DNA from: Octopus vulgaris
Taxonomy: Eukaryota
Assembly (NCBI GenBank): GCA_951406725.2
Contig: OX597826.1
Location: 24,366,001-24,430,000 of the forward strand
Length of the DNA: 64,000 nucleotides
Reading direction: 5' to 3'
Part shown: one piece after another, positions 1 through 13,084 of the stretch
Layout of the letters: each line of letters opens with the position of its first letter
How positions within the stretch are numbered: the stretch's first letter is position 1
Notes under the pieces: model-generated
Database searches by the model: none
Told to the model about the DNA's origin: nothing
The model's input: the letters and a program-made list of their open reading frames with translations, nothing else
Position numbers and translations under genes: made by a program

Positions 1-271
1 TATAGTAGAAAGGATTAGGTTTACCACACTGATCTTGGTTTCAAATGAATCACATATGTTGCAGTATAGACCAGTCACAACAGTCTATAAGTTACTCTTA
101 TGTTAATTGCTATCGAAACTTCTGGTAAAATTTATCTGTGATATTTTACTGTTGTATCCATGGGAAGACTTGTCTTTCGTCTGCTTAATGTTATGAAATC
201 AGGGTCAAGAATACTTCTTTGTGTCACAGAAATTTTTACACCTCTTTATGTGTGTGAGTACATATAAACAA

Positions 272-612
272 GTGAAGGTGTATGGCTCAGTGGTTAGAGA
301 ATCAAGCTTACGATCGTGAGGTTGTGGGCTCAAATCCTGGACCGGGCTCTGTGTTGTGTTCTTGAGCAAGACACTATATTTCACATTGCTCCTGTTCACT
401 CAGCTGTAGAAATGAGTTCTGATGTCACAAGTGCCAAGCTGTATCAGCCCTTGTGCCTTTCCCTTGGATAACACTGGTGGCATGGAGAGGGGAGGTATGG
501 TATGCATGGGCGACTGCTGGTTTTCCATACACAACCTTGTCCGGACTTGTGCCTGGGAGGGTAACTTTCTAGGTGCAATCCCACAGTCAGTGATGACCGA
601 AGGGGGTCTCAA
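272..612 (+). mobile_element. tRNA-derived SINE group A (CORE-like centre); other copies near 24746-25320, 19800-20040, 5810-6120 (-) and 1616-1925 (-)
   Basis: A box tggctcagtgg, B-box-like gctcaaatcc, then tgtgttcttgagcaagacact..ctcagctgtagaaatgag. Confidence 0.8.
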
Positions 613-979
613 CATACAAACACGCATACACATACATATTGTGTGTGTGTGTGCAACAGAAGAGCCAGTGTGTGTCTGTGTATTTCACTGTATGTGTGAC
701 TGAGAGAGCCTAAGGTTGTGTTGATATAAGACAGTCAATATGTCTATACCTTAGCTGTAACTTAATTAAAACACCACTTGATGCCAACATTAATATGCTC
801 CCACACTCTACACTCAACACTAACAGCTGGGGTTATTCTTTGTGGATTTTTTGTAGTTTCATTTTTTTGCAATTGTCCTGCTATACACTATCTTGAACAA
901 GTGTCTCTATTTCAGTCCCAGGCCAACCAATGCCTTGTGAGTGAATTTCATTAATAGGAGCTGTAGGAAACCATCATCT

Positions 980-1013
<34 letters not shown>

Positions 1014-2421
1014 TTGTGCTTGCTTGAGCAAAACATAATGACCAATTGCTCTGCACTTTCAAAAACCTTATATGTTTCAAGGAAACACACATGGCTTTAA
1101 AATCCTGCCTCAAATACATCCTCTTTCAATTCATGCCAGCATAGAAAAACAGACATTAAAACAAATGGAGGTCATTCTACAAACCAACTTCACTGTGACT
1201 AGAATTCTTATTGCTTAATTAATTGAATTCTTTAATCCACTTGGAGATATGTTTCTAAGCCCTGGATTGATTACTCTGGTGCCAGGAACTACTCAAATAC
1301 TATGTTGTTGTTTGGTAGAACAGGTAAAGCATTAGACAAAATGCCTTGTGGTATTTGTTACAAACCTATACTTTCAGATTTCAAATCTCAACAAGTGTGA
1401 CCATTCATTGTTCCAGAGGGAAAGGATCAATAGAGTGAAGTACCAGTCACATAGTGGGGTCAGTTTCAAGCCTTATGCCCCGAAAGGACGAAAGGCAAAG
1501 TTGACACTGGCAGTATTTGAACACTGAATGTAAAAGTTGAAAGAAATGCTGCTAAGCATTTTTCTTTGGTAACAATTCTGCCATTCTGCCAGCTTGTCGC
1601 CTTTCTAATGATAAGAAGAATAGCAACGATGGACTCTCTTGTCAAAGACGACATCTGAGCATTCAGCTTTGGCCAAACAAGCTGCACAAATGATTTGTTT
1701 ATAGTGATCAAATATTCGTGCTGCTGCACATTAGCTCATTCTCTCCATCAAATCAACATTGTCTGAACAGGTGTGCACAGGTGTACCATGGGTCAGGTGT
1801 TGAAGTGATTGCAGGGCAACGTGAGATGAAGTGTTTTGCTCAAGAACACAATGCACTACCCAGTCTAGGAATTGAAATCATGATCACTAGCTCATGTTTG
1901 TAATACCATAACCACTAAGCCATAATAATAATAATGAGAAGAAATGTTTATCCCACTCATATTGTTATGAAGGAGTAGGGTCTATGTTAAATTGTTATGA
2001 AAAAAAGAAATAAAATAAAAAGGCAATTTTTCAGATTAACGATGAAACCTTTACAATTTTTTAATTAGCAAAAGAGTAAAAAGCCTAAAATAAAATGTGA
2101 AATACATACATACCTATATGTACATACGCACACAGATGTATACAAATAAACAGGTGATTGAAAAATGACGGAAATTACAAAACCAAAAAAAAACTAATTG
2201 TACGTGACGAGTGGGTGTATGCGTTAATAATAGTTATTAGGACCACAAGCACGTGCACACATAATGACATACAAACACATATAACTGAGACACACTCACG
2301 CATAAACACTCACATAAAAAAAATAAGTAAATACAAAATTTAAATTAACAAAAAATAAATGGGTTTTTTTTTTGCTGCAAAAAAAAATAAATAATGATTT
2401 ATTGTTGTCTAATTCGTTTAG

Positions 2422-2569
2422 CATCACACGGGACATGGTTGACAGTGTGTGAAGACTACGCATATCAACTGGAATCTGATGGCGAATACCACAAAGCTGT
2501 CACATATCTTGTGGCCTGCCATCGGATCTACGAAGCCATTGATCTGTTCAAACGTCACCGCTTGTTCAA
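2422..2569 (+). CDS. GEMIN5: GEMIN5 internal exon (148 nt), TPR-like region; first exon visible in the window
   Basis: tttag|ca acceptor and aa|gtaagt donor. Translates SHGTWLTVCEDYAYQLESDGEYHKAVTYLVACHRIYEAIDLFKRHRLF, matching recalled vertebrate Gemin5 (..[23 protein letters not shown]..). Not in the ORF track because it has no start codon. Confidence 0.9.
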
Positions 2570-2966
2570 GTAAGTTGCTGCTCCATCGTTGTTTGTTGTT
2601 GTTGTTTGAAGGGGTGGTCATTGCTGTGTTGGTTAGAGAGGTTTCTGCTTGTTGACATTCAGTTTGTATTGCCAATGCTTTTGTTAGTGTTGTACTGTGA
2701 TTGCCATCATCATCATCGCCCTCATCATTATTAAGGGGATGAGCTGGCAGAATTGTTAGCACGCCAAACGAAATGCTTAGTAGTATTTCGTCTGCCGCTA
2801 TGTTCTGAGTTCAAATTCTGCCAAGGTCAACTTTGCCTTTCATCTTGTCGGGGTCGATAAAATAAGTACCAGTTGAACACTGGGGTCAATGTAATTGAAT
2901 TAACTCCTTCCCCAAAATTGCAGCACTTGTGGAAAAATTTAAAACCATTATTATTATTATTATTAT

Positions 2967-3470
2967 TGAATGAGAGAGCAGTGCATGCCATCAAAGTGAC
3001 ACTGGGGTAATATATACGAAGCCCAGTATACCCATCATGACTACCCGTGTGATAAGGGTACGCTAGGCACATGCATCACAACCATATGTGCACGACATGG
3101 TGATCTCATATCAAGATAAGCAGCACATGACCTTGCAGGTGGGGCCCAGTTAGAATTTTCTTCAGGTCGAGTAACCCATCCTGCTCAAAAGGTTCTTGAA
3201 TAAGGATTGTTTAAGGATGTTGAATGAAACACCCATGTTTTCAGAGGTGAAATATTCAAACCCCAAAGAATTCCTTTCAACGCACGGCTATGATGCTCCC
3301 CAACTACTTCTGCTCGTGATCAGAGATGCACGTATCGTCAGCCACTAAGGGACATGCTCAACTGGTTAAGGTCAAACAACTGACAAGCAAATCTGTGGTA
3401 TTGAGCAGAATATTTGCTGTAGCCCATCTTTTATACCAAAACAAAACAATGTACATGATAACACTTCCAA
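2967..3470. repeat. Unclassified dispersed repeat bounded by (ATT)n; second copy near 26320-26757
   Basis: About 370 bp of collinear similarity between the two loci. Confidence 0.75.
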
Positions 3471-3509
<39 letters not shown>

Positions 3510-3790
3510 GAAACTGGTAAGGTGGCTGAATCACTGGTAGGCCAGACAAAATGCTTAGGTAGGACATATTTTCTTTGTTGCAATCGTTGAAAATTCTTCT
3601 TTGTTCTAATCCTTTTAGTCAGAGGGGAAATGTAGTAATCATGACCCTATACAGGGCCTCCTAGATGAGTAGGAAAGAGAGAGAAGGAGGAAGGTAATCC
3701 TCAAACCAACAACCTACAACCTTGGATACCCACCCAGAGTGCCCAAAGTGCTAGGTTGTGGTTTTAAACCAAGCAGTGAATGGATTGAAT

Positions 3791-4122
3791 CAGTGACTCT
3801 CAACCAGGGTCTATATGATCCTCGAGGCTCTATATAAGATTTTTGGTATGGGTCCATGCTAGGGGAGCCACACTAGTATTTTAAGGGCCCATGAAAATGT
3901 TTGATTTAAATGTATGTATTGCAAGAAACAGCTGGGTTTCTTCCTCAAACATTTTAGATAGCCCAACTTATACATGTGAATTTGTGAAAAACAAAATAGG
4001 AATTTCTTAAAGAAGTGTCTATAAAATTAGTTTTTAAACACCAAATGTCTTTGGATGATGGTCCACCAGAATAAAATATTAAATAAGGGAGTTCATAGAT
4101 GGAAAAAAGGTTGACAACCCTG
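3791..4122. mobile_element. hAT (Charlie-like) MITE
   Basis: cagtgactctcaacc / ggttgacaaccctg termini; degenerate 8-bp TSD gattgaat/gattaagt. Confidence 0.65.
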
Positions 4123-5507
4123 GATTAAGTCAACCACCTGCATACAATACAGCCCAATAAATAGTCTTTAGTTTTGTGCTTGCAGACAAAAGGGGATGAG
4201 GGGGTAATAAACATTTCTATTATTTTTTTATATTTGGTTCTATTCATTAATTTTTTTTCTTTGTTTAATTTTTCACAACTGTCAATAGAATTATCACTAA
4301 CAGCTCTTGCCATTCTCGTTAAGCTGTGGATTTTATTAAATCCTCTATCACCATAAATATTTCATATATTATCAGTAAGGTTACTGACCATTCATTTTTC
4401 TGTTACCAGTCAGATTACTTATCATAATTACTCATCATAATTTATAGTTAGTTGCTCCAAGAATTTTTACTTTTTCATTTTTTGGCATCCATTGTTTTTT
4501 GGTTTTCCTTGCTTCCTTCCATAATATTATGGATCGGATCAATAAGGGAGTGGGCTGAAGAATTCCAAAAAAACAAAAAAAACTCTCATTTAGGCCATCG
4601 AACTGGTGATGTATTTATGTTGGACTGGCCGTCTGTTGTGTGATTAGACTTTAAATTGACCAGTCATTTTGCTGATAACACCAAAAGTCAATTACATTAA
4701 TGTTTTGTCGACTATGAATTGACGTCATCATACGTCTGGTTCTCTTGTTCTTAAAAACACCGTACTTTTCTTCTACTCTTTTTTTCTCTCCTTCCCCACC
4801 ACTTTTCTTATGTAAGAAAAGCAAGGTGAATGACGGTGGCGGTGGTGGTCTTTATTGTTGGAAGCCGAAAAGAGTGAAGTGTTTTGTCTAATGAAGCAAC
4901 GAAATATCAGCCACTTGGTGTAAATTTGTGATCCATTATACCATAGCTGTCCATCACTGTGATTGTATTTCTGGCAGAGAAATAGCCAGATGTGACTAGG
5001 TGCTTTCTGAAATGATATCGGTCGTATTGCTTGCTACTGGCATTGTGTTGCTTTCTTAGTCAAGAGACTTCATTCTGTCTTGTGTTGTGTCTGTTTACCA
5101 AGTAGGAAGTTAAGTACAAGAAAATAGAAGAAAATTCTACAATAGGTTAGCATCCTATTGTTTCAGATGGTATTTGCCTCTCATCGCATGTAATTTTAAA
5201 TGAGTGAAAGACTTGGTGAACTGGCTCTGCAAGCCATTTAAGCTGTATGGAATTTTCATTGTTTAAACATTGAATATAAACAACACTGTCCTTCCGATTT
5301 GTGTGTGTGTGTTTGCGTGTGAAGGCGCATGGATCAATGGTTAGAACTTTGAGCTCACAATCATGAGATAGTGAGTTTGATTCCCGGACTGGGCTGTGTG
5401 TTGTGTTCTTGAGCAATTTGGTAGACGGTAACTGTGGAAAACCATCATGTATATATGTGTGTGTGTGTGTGTATATGTATATATATATGTGTGTGTATAT
5501 ATATATA

Positions 5508-5551
<44 letters not shown>

Positions 5552-6317
5552 TTTGTGTCAGTGTTTGTCACATCAAACCCTACCACTTGGTAACCAGTAT
5601 TGGTTTGTTTATGTCCCTGTAACTTAGCAGTTCACCAAAAGACACCGATAGAGTAAGTGCTTTTGTTTGACTAAAACCCTTCAAGGTATCTCCAGCATGG
5701 CCACAGTCCAATGACTGTAAGTATGCATTGTGAGTGTGTGTAAGACAATGTCACTTAACGATAGTGGTACCAATCTCCAGTTGTTAGAACTCAATATAAA
5801 CTGACATGTCAATTACAACGACAAAGGTTCCGGTTGATACAATCAACGGAACCATCTGCTTGTGAAATTAACTTGCAAGTGGCTGAGCACTCCGCAGACA
5901 CACATACCCTTAACATAGTTCTCACGGAGATTCAGCATTACACAGAATGTGACAAAGCTGGCCCTTTGAAATAAGGTACTTCTCATTTTTGCCAGTTGAG
6001 TGGACTGGAGCAATGTGAAATAAAGAGTCTTGTTCAAGGACTCAATGTGCTGCTGGGAATCAACTCATTATGTTACAATTGGGAGTCTGTTACTCTAACC
6101 TTTTGGCAACATGTCTTCACACAAGAACTCAATATTCTCCATTGTATTGGTTAGGTCCGATGGCAAAGAGCTGTCAATTATTGGTCTTTTTCTGCCTCAG
6201 ACACTTTCTATAAGTTAGCAGGTCGGCAAAGAGTATACAATGTTAATGAATAGATGAATGACAAAAGAAAACAACAGGAGTCAACTTCATCAAGTACTGG
6301 GGTTGTTTTATGGTTAA

Positions 6318-6538
6318 CCCTTTAGGATTTAAACCAGCCATATCCAACCCCAAATATTCTGCCTGTTTTATGTTTAAATTGGCCAGTTCCAGCCTCTCAC
6401 ATGTATTCTACAATGTCATTTTATAAATAACCATTCACTTCAACAAAATATTGAAACTGAAAGACCAAGCCTGATTAATTAAAAACAATATGAATATATA
6501 CAAATTACATTTGACAGAATAATCTAAATGCTAAAGGA
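6318..6538. mobile_element. piggyBac-type MITE family 2; copies near 48939-49095 and 49310-49534
   Basis: TTAA|ccctttag ... ctaaagga|TTAA; internal sequence shared with the 49-kb copies. Confidence 0.75.
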
Positions 6539-7254
6539 TTAAATATGCTCCTTTTCCATTGCAAGACAGTATTAAAAGTCATCGTTATTGTTGCCAATCT
6601 GAAGATTTTTCATTAGTTCAAATGCTGAGAGTGGTGCTGTTAGAATTCATTGGAATAGAGTCTCTGCATGGACACTTAATTCTTGACCATAGCCCACAGT
6701 AGTGTTCGACTCAACACCATGTGCTCAAATAAATCAAATTCTGGCTGTAATCACAGACATTACCTAACTATGAGGCAGGAGCAACAAGCAGCAATGTCAC
6801 TCCATCCAGAAGGTGAGATTGAGAAAATCTAAAAATATTTATATCAGATTTGAGAACTTTATTGTTTTCCAATAAACTGCAAGGATCTCTTAGAAAAATA
6901 TGGGGGGAAATTATCCTTGATAGAAAAGATAAGAATGGAAAACAGTTTTGTTTTCAATATTTGTGTAAAATAAAAGCTTTTCATTATAGATACACATGTG
7001 TGTATTTGCACACAAAAAATATGTGTATGTTTTACTAAGAAATGGTTAGCAGTTATATAACTTCGTACAAATTATTCATTATGTGTGTGTGTGTTTGTGT
7101 GTATATATCACCATCATTTAATGCCCATATTCCATGCTTTTGTGTGTGTATACACACACACACTCATACACATGTATGCATGCATGTATTTTTACAATAT
7201 ATATATGTGTGTGTGTGTGTATGTATATACATGTATGTATATATGTGTGTATGT

Positions 7255-7288
<34 letters not shown>

Positions 7289-8617
7289 GTCTATATTAGT
7301 GTGTATGTCTTCAGAAATCCATGCACATCACCACTTTTTATTCCCCCCACTTCCACCAACCCCTTTCCACAAGACCCTTCTCAAAATCTAAATCGCACTT
7401 TGCACGTCTGCACGGGAAACATTTTATTTATTTAATCTTTTTTTTTCTTTACATCCATTTTTGGTTTTGCATTCAATAAAGAACACAAGAAGATATCCTC
7501 TATTCCTAAATTCACACCTGTTGAAGTTAAAAAACCTCAACCATCCAAAGAAACATCTCCCTTTTCTTTTCCTCAGTTATTCCGATTGATTTTTGATTGA
7601 TTTTTATTTTCCTACAGTTTTTGTTATTTTTTTTTTGCTGTAATTATTTTTCTTTTTTTTTTTGTTGTAGCTTATTCAATTTTATTTTGTTTTTGCTTGT
7701 TGTTGCTGTTGTTGTTCTCTTCCACCTTTGTCTCTTTTTTTTAATATTTTTTGTTGTTGCTGTAGCTGTGCTTATTGTTACTGTTGTTGTTCAAGATGTG
7801 AATGTTTATGTTGTTGTGATTGTAGACATCCATCCTAGTGGTGGTGTTCATGCTGCTCCTGTTGTTGTTGTACTTGTTTGTTATTGTTGTAGTTGTGAGA
7901 ATCCCTTTATTGTTGTTGCTACAATCACTGGCAGTTTTATAAATAAAAAAAACGATTAAGCAAAAAAGAGGAAAATGTATTTCGAAAATTCTTCTTAAGT
8001 TTTATGTTGCTTTTGATCATAATCATCATCATCATCATTATTATTGGTGGTGGTGGTAGTGGTAGTAGTAGTAGTAGTAGTAGTAGCAGCAGCAGCAGCA
8101 TTTCACTCCCTTAATGTCCCTTCTCACTCCTACTCCCATCCAGGTATTGATCTGGTTTCATAGCAATTTTCTTTTTTTTTCTTTTTGTTCTGCAATAAAA
8201 TGTATAACTAGGAAGAGGAAAAAGAGAGAGAGGGAGAGAATAAACAATCAAGCAAACAAGTAAAATAAAATAAAAAGCAAGGCGAAGAAAAAAAAAACAA
8301 ACAAAACAGATAATGAATATCCTTGAATTATATATCTCTTTACCCTTTCTCCTCCTCCTCCTCTTTTCCAATGCCACCCTCACCTTCACCACCACCACCA
8401 TCACTTCTGCTTTTTCAATGTAAACTAAGTTGTGTGATGTAACTTGAGATATCATCCACTGAAGTAGGAAAACAGAGAGTAGAAGGAGTGGTGTCTTGCA
8501 GTTTACGTAGTGTGCACCTGTTGTGCATCACTGCAAATAACATTTACCCAAGATATAAAGTAAGTAAACTACACCAGATGCAAAAATTACAAGGCAACTC
8601 ATTGTTTTTTGGTGGGG

Positions 8618-9818
8618 CATGACCATACCAGCGTAGTCGTCTCTCTTGCACACCACATCTGATGCTTCTTAGGTCCAACTTTTCTTTCAAGGTACTTACA
8701 CACTGTCGTGTATGCACACTGACATTACACATCCTTTGGAGCATACTGACTTCATTCCTTGCAAGCTTCTGCATGTCCTCAGCAGTCACAGCCCATGTTT
8801 CACTGCCATGTAGCATGGCTGTTCATACACATGCGTCATACAGTCTACCTTTTACTCTGAGCGAGAGGCCCTTTGTCAACAGCAGAGGTAGGAGCTCTCT
8901 GAACTTTGCCCAAGCTATTCTTATTCTAGCAGCTACACTTTCAGAGTATCCACCCTTGCTACTGACTTGGTCACCTAGGTAACGGAAGCTATCAGCTACT
9001 TCTAGTTTGTCTCCCTGGAATTTGGCAGAAGTTGTTCTCTGCATGTTTTCAGTGTTTATTGCTCCTGAGCATCTGCCACATACAAAAACTATCTTCCCAG
9101 TTAGCCTTCCTTTGATATTGCTGCACCTCTTATGTGTCCATAGCTTATACTTGGTGCATCTTATAGAGTTTCTACCTATGCCTTTTCTACAGATTGAGCA
9201 GGACCATCTACCTGAAGGGATTTGTGGTTTGCTTGCCTTCCTACTTATTAGGATTTTGGTTTTAGCTAGGTTGATTCTAAGGCCCTTCGATTCTAATCCT
9301 TGCTTCCACAGCTGAAATTTCTCCTCTAGTTCTGATAGTGACTCAGTAATTAAAGCAAGGTCATCAGCATAGAGGAGCTTCCAGGGGCATCCTGTCTTGA
9401 ATTCCTCTGTTATTACCTGGAGGACTATGATAAATAGGAGGGGGCTGAGGACTGAACCTTAGTGAACCCCTACCTCTACCTGGAATTCTTCACTGTACTC
9501 GATGCCAACCCTCACCTTACTGACAGTGTCCCTGTACATGTCTTGCACAGCTCTCACTAACCATTCATCTATCCCTAGTTTCCTCATTGACTACCAGATA
9601 AGAGATTGGGGGACCCTGTCAAAGTCTTTCTTCATGTCAATGAAAGCCCGGTACAGAGGTTTATCTTTGGCTAGGTTTTTCTCCTGCAGCTGGCTTACCA
9701 GAAATATAGCATCAGTGGTGCTTTTCCCTAACACGAACCCAAACTGCATCTCATCTATACTGACTCTCTCCCTAATTATTTGGGCTATGACCCTCTCCGT
9801 GACCTTCATTACCTGATC
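8618..9818 (-). mobile_element. RTE LINE internal RT fragment, same family, degraded
   Basis: ORF pieces (MKVTERVIAQ..QFGF; LHGSETWAV..RLRWYGH) are near-identical to the 15-18 kb copy; contains several stops. Confidence 0.93.
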
Positions 9819-9848
9819 GATGCTGGATAAAGTGTGTGACTACTTTAA

Positions 9849-10071
9849 CCCTTTCGTTACCGTATACATTTTGAGATGCTCTGTGTTTCTTTCAATTAAT
9901 TTTAAATATAACAAGGAATTCTAGTAAAATAACTTAGTTATCCTTAAGCTAGTGTTAGGAACATAAATTGTGGCCAAGTTTTGGTGGAAGATTTTAATTC
10001 AAAACTTATGAAAACAAGACATTTGTACTACAGAGCCAGAAGCAGTTTCAGCAAGGTTGGTATTGAAAGGG
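9849..10071. mobile_element. piggyBac-type MITE family 1; partial copies near 21740-21960 and 50665-50781
   Basis: TTAA|ccctttcgttacc ... ggtattgaaaggg|TTAA. Confidence 0.8.
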
Positions 10072-10582
10072 TTAAAAGCGATTAAATATTAAATTGATAT
10101 ATGCTGTTGTTTACTTTTTGTAGCACCAGTCCTGATACTTTTTGATCAGACTTTGTACGCCATGGACTGGGCTGTGCTTTGAGTTCTTGAGCAAAACTCT
10201 TTGTTTCACATTGCTCCAGTTCACTCATCTGTAAATGTGTTGTGGCATTAGCTGGGGATTTGACCCTGCAACTGACCATGGAAACTGAGCAAAGTTCTGG
10301 CCTAATGAGGCCAAAGTCTCATGATCAAAGGAGTTCCAGCCATGACCATCCCATCCTCTTACTTTAATTTAATGGCTTAATGACTACATTGCTGTTTGTG
10401 ATTTGAAAGAAACCTTGGCTGCTATTTCTAGCAGATTGAGTGACCTTGCTATGTATGTGTTATGTATTTTAAAACAGTTGAACTGTGATTTGAAGGAAAC
10501 TTGTCTGCTGTTCCTAGCAGGTCAAGTGACCACTTAAGGTTAAAAGTTACTGATGTGCATTCTCATATTTCTTTATTTGCAG

Positions 10583-10702
10583 AGAAGCTGTAACCTTTGC
10601 TAAGGTCCGTCTCTCCCCTGTTGACCCAGTGTTTGAGGACCTATACAGTATGTGGGCCCAACAACTGGCCAAGGAAGGGAATTACGAACAAGCAGCAAAA
10701 TG
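10583..10702 (+). CDS. GEMIN5: GEMIN5 exon (120 nt)
   Basis: tttgcag| acceptor and |gtaagc donor; phase 2-2 fits both neighbours. EAVTFAKVRLSPVDPVFEDLYSMWAQQLAKEGNYEQAAKC resembles recalled Gemin5 [21 protein letters not shown]..AAKC. Confidence 0.93.
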
Positions 10703-10896
10703 GTAAGCCCTTATTTCTGAGTATGTGTGTGTGTCTGTCTGTATTTTCGTGTATGATTGGTACAGGCTATGTGGCTAGAAGCTTGCTTCCCAACCACGTT
10801 TCAAAGTTCAACCCCAACTGATCAAAGACTTGTGAGTGGATTTGATAGACAGAAACTGAAAGAAGCCTATTATGTGTACATATGCTTGCATGTGTA

Positions 10897-10940
<44 letters not shown>

Positions 10941-10943
<3 letters not shown>

Positions 10944-11700
10944 CCACACAGCGATGATCATAGCAAGCAAGCTAAGAATTCTCATTTCATTTCTTCCGAC
11001 TCTTGTACTACACACATACATTTGCCACTAACCCTTAAATGTTCGAATCTATTCACTAATTCTGCTTGTTCTTAAAATATAACCCTTTAATTTCTTTAAT
11101 TTGCTTAACCCCTCGGTACCAAGTTAATTAATTCGTTCGTTACTCTGTTCATTTCTTCAAACCCTGATTGCTTAAGTCTTTATCACTACTGTCCCCAATC
11201 AAAATCTTCGCCGCCCGCCATTCGCTAACCTGCGTGATCTTTCCTCCTCAAAATTCTTTAATTTTCTTAAAAATGCCTCGGTATGAAGATATTTCGTTCG
11301 TCCTCCGCCATTACTGTACTGTCCTGTCTTCAATCAAAACTTCCGTCTTTCCAAGCCACTTCCGGTGAACCTATTATAAATATCACCTCATGCTTCTCTT
11401 TCATTCACCCTTTCTTGACCACACAGCGATGATCATAGCAAGCAAGCTAAGAATTCTCATTTCATTTCTTCCGACTCTTGTACTACACACATACATTTGC
11501 CACTAACCCTTAAATGTTCGAATCTATTCACTAATTCTGCTTGTTCTTAAAATATAACCCTTTAGTTTCTTTAATTTGTTTAACCCCTCGGTACCAAGTT
11601 AATTAATTCGTTCGTTACTCTGTTCATTTCTTCAAACCCCGATTGCTTAAGTCTTTATCACTACCGTCCCCAATCAAAATCTTCGCCGCCCGCCATTCGC
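10941..11700. repeat. 285-bp direct repeat (10941-11225 and 11416-11700; period 475)
   Basis: Near-identical copies with about 4 substitutions; starts directly after (TA)n. Confidence 0.92.
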
Positions 11701-12208
11701 GGTTCGCCCGCCCTTTCCCACCCCCACCACCCATACCGGAGAACACTCTGTTTACACCATCCTCACCGGATATCCCCTCTACCACCGCCACCACTACGTG
11801 TGTCTGTTCCTCCTACCCCTCCTCCTCAATATACTTTCTCACTATGTATTTACCCCTGCCTCTCTCCCCCTAGACAGAAGCAGCTAGCGCCGCAGCTCAT
11901 CAAACGTCCCACTTAACCTGTTATCTTATGTTCCCCCTGTTTTGAAATGTGTCACTGCCTCAACCGGCTATCTCCTTCCAGCCCCCCCCCCCCTCGTGAT
12001 ATCCTACGTTTTACTTCCTACGTTTTACTTCCTACTTTTCATTCTGTCTAGAACCTGCCACCAACCCTACCTATCATCGTTTCTCTTTACCCCAAACCTT
12101 CCCCACTGGTGCTCCCCTATATTACATGCACACACCCCCACTTTCTCTCTCTCTCTCTTCTCTCTGCCGGAACCCTCCCCCTGCCGCAATGCAACGAAAA
12201 AAGGCAAT

Positions 12209-12442
12209 AACCGATCGTGGCCGATGCCAGACCTCTCTGGCACCTGTGCAGGTGGCACGTAAAAAGCACCCACTACACTCGCGGAGTGGTTGGCGTTAGG
12301 AAGGGCATCCAGCTGTAGAAACACTGCCAGATCAGACTGGAGCCTGGGGCAGCCCCTGGCTCCCCAGACCCCAGTCAAACCGTCCAACCCGTGCTAGCGC
12401 GGAAAACGGACGTTAAACGATGATGATGATGATGATGATGAT
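12209..12442 (+). mobile_element. RTE 3'-end stub; similar stubs near 35940-36120, 47394-47790 (-), 49096-49303 and 50975-51140 (-)
   Basis: gtggcacgtaaaaagcacccactacactc..ggacgttaaacgatgatgat matches the reverse complement of 15061-15260. Confidence 0.88.
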
Positions 12443-13084
12443 ATAAATGTGTTATGATACTATTTCACATATACAAAAACAGCCATACCAACATACCTCC
12501 ATCATCAGCTGCCCCACGGATATCCTCATGGTTTCAACACCTGGACAGTACCATTCAATCCAGCGGTGTCAACTGCACTAAAATAAGTGTTGTTAGGAAA
12601 GAAAGATACCAAAGAAATCGCAACTTTCAAACATATTTACCGTATGTACAACAGTATCGGTAAATAAATTCAATAAGTAAATCAATAACCAACTCCTATA
12701 TATATAACTAAACAGCAACCAAACCTTTAAGTCATACATTTTATTCCCTATGTAAGTGTGTATATGTGTGTGTGTTACTTTCTCCTTGCCTTCATATTGC
12801 GTGATAGTTGTAAATGAGTGTCACTGTTATACAGGCAGAGTTCTTCATTTCCAGTTCTCTGCAGAAACATGTCTGGTCATGGGAAAATATTACCTTACTT
12901 GGAAACAGATGAGGTTTGGCAACGTTAAAGGCATCTGGCCATTGAAGTTTTGTTTCAATGAATTCCATCTGACCCATGCAGGCATGGAAAATGGATGTTG
13001 AAACAATGATTATGATGATATGTATTAGTATGCATGTGTGTGTATCTACATATACATACATACACACATGTAGCTATGTATGTC

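Noticed and set aside
272-345. Functional tRNA gene
   Set aside because: SINE head that continues into a shared SINE body and has a degenerate cloverleaf; the same applies to the other heads.
2424-2762. 112-aa minus-strand ORF as a nested gene
   Set aside because: It is antisense to a GEMIN5 exon and extends into a microsatellite and a SINE.
4720-4727. CRE palindrome TGACGTCA
   Set aside because: A single 8-mer is expected by chance in 64 kb; another lies inside a SINE near 52378.
6757-6812. Possible small exon ending GAAG|gtgaga
   Set aside because: No pyrimidine tract, and 56 nt would break the GEMIN5 frame.
7597-7959. Hydrophobic 120-aa ORF resembling a membrane protein
   Set aside because: Derived from poly-T and (GTT)n tracts.
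8495-8536. miRNA-like hairpin
   Set aside because: Stem is only about 11 bp, too short for a pre-miRNA.
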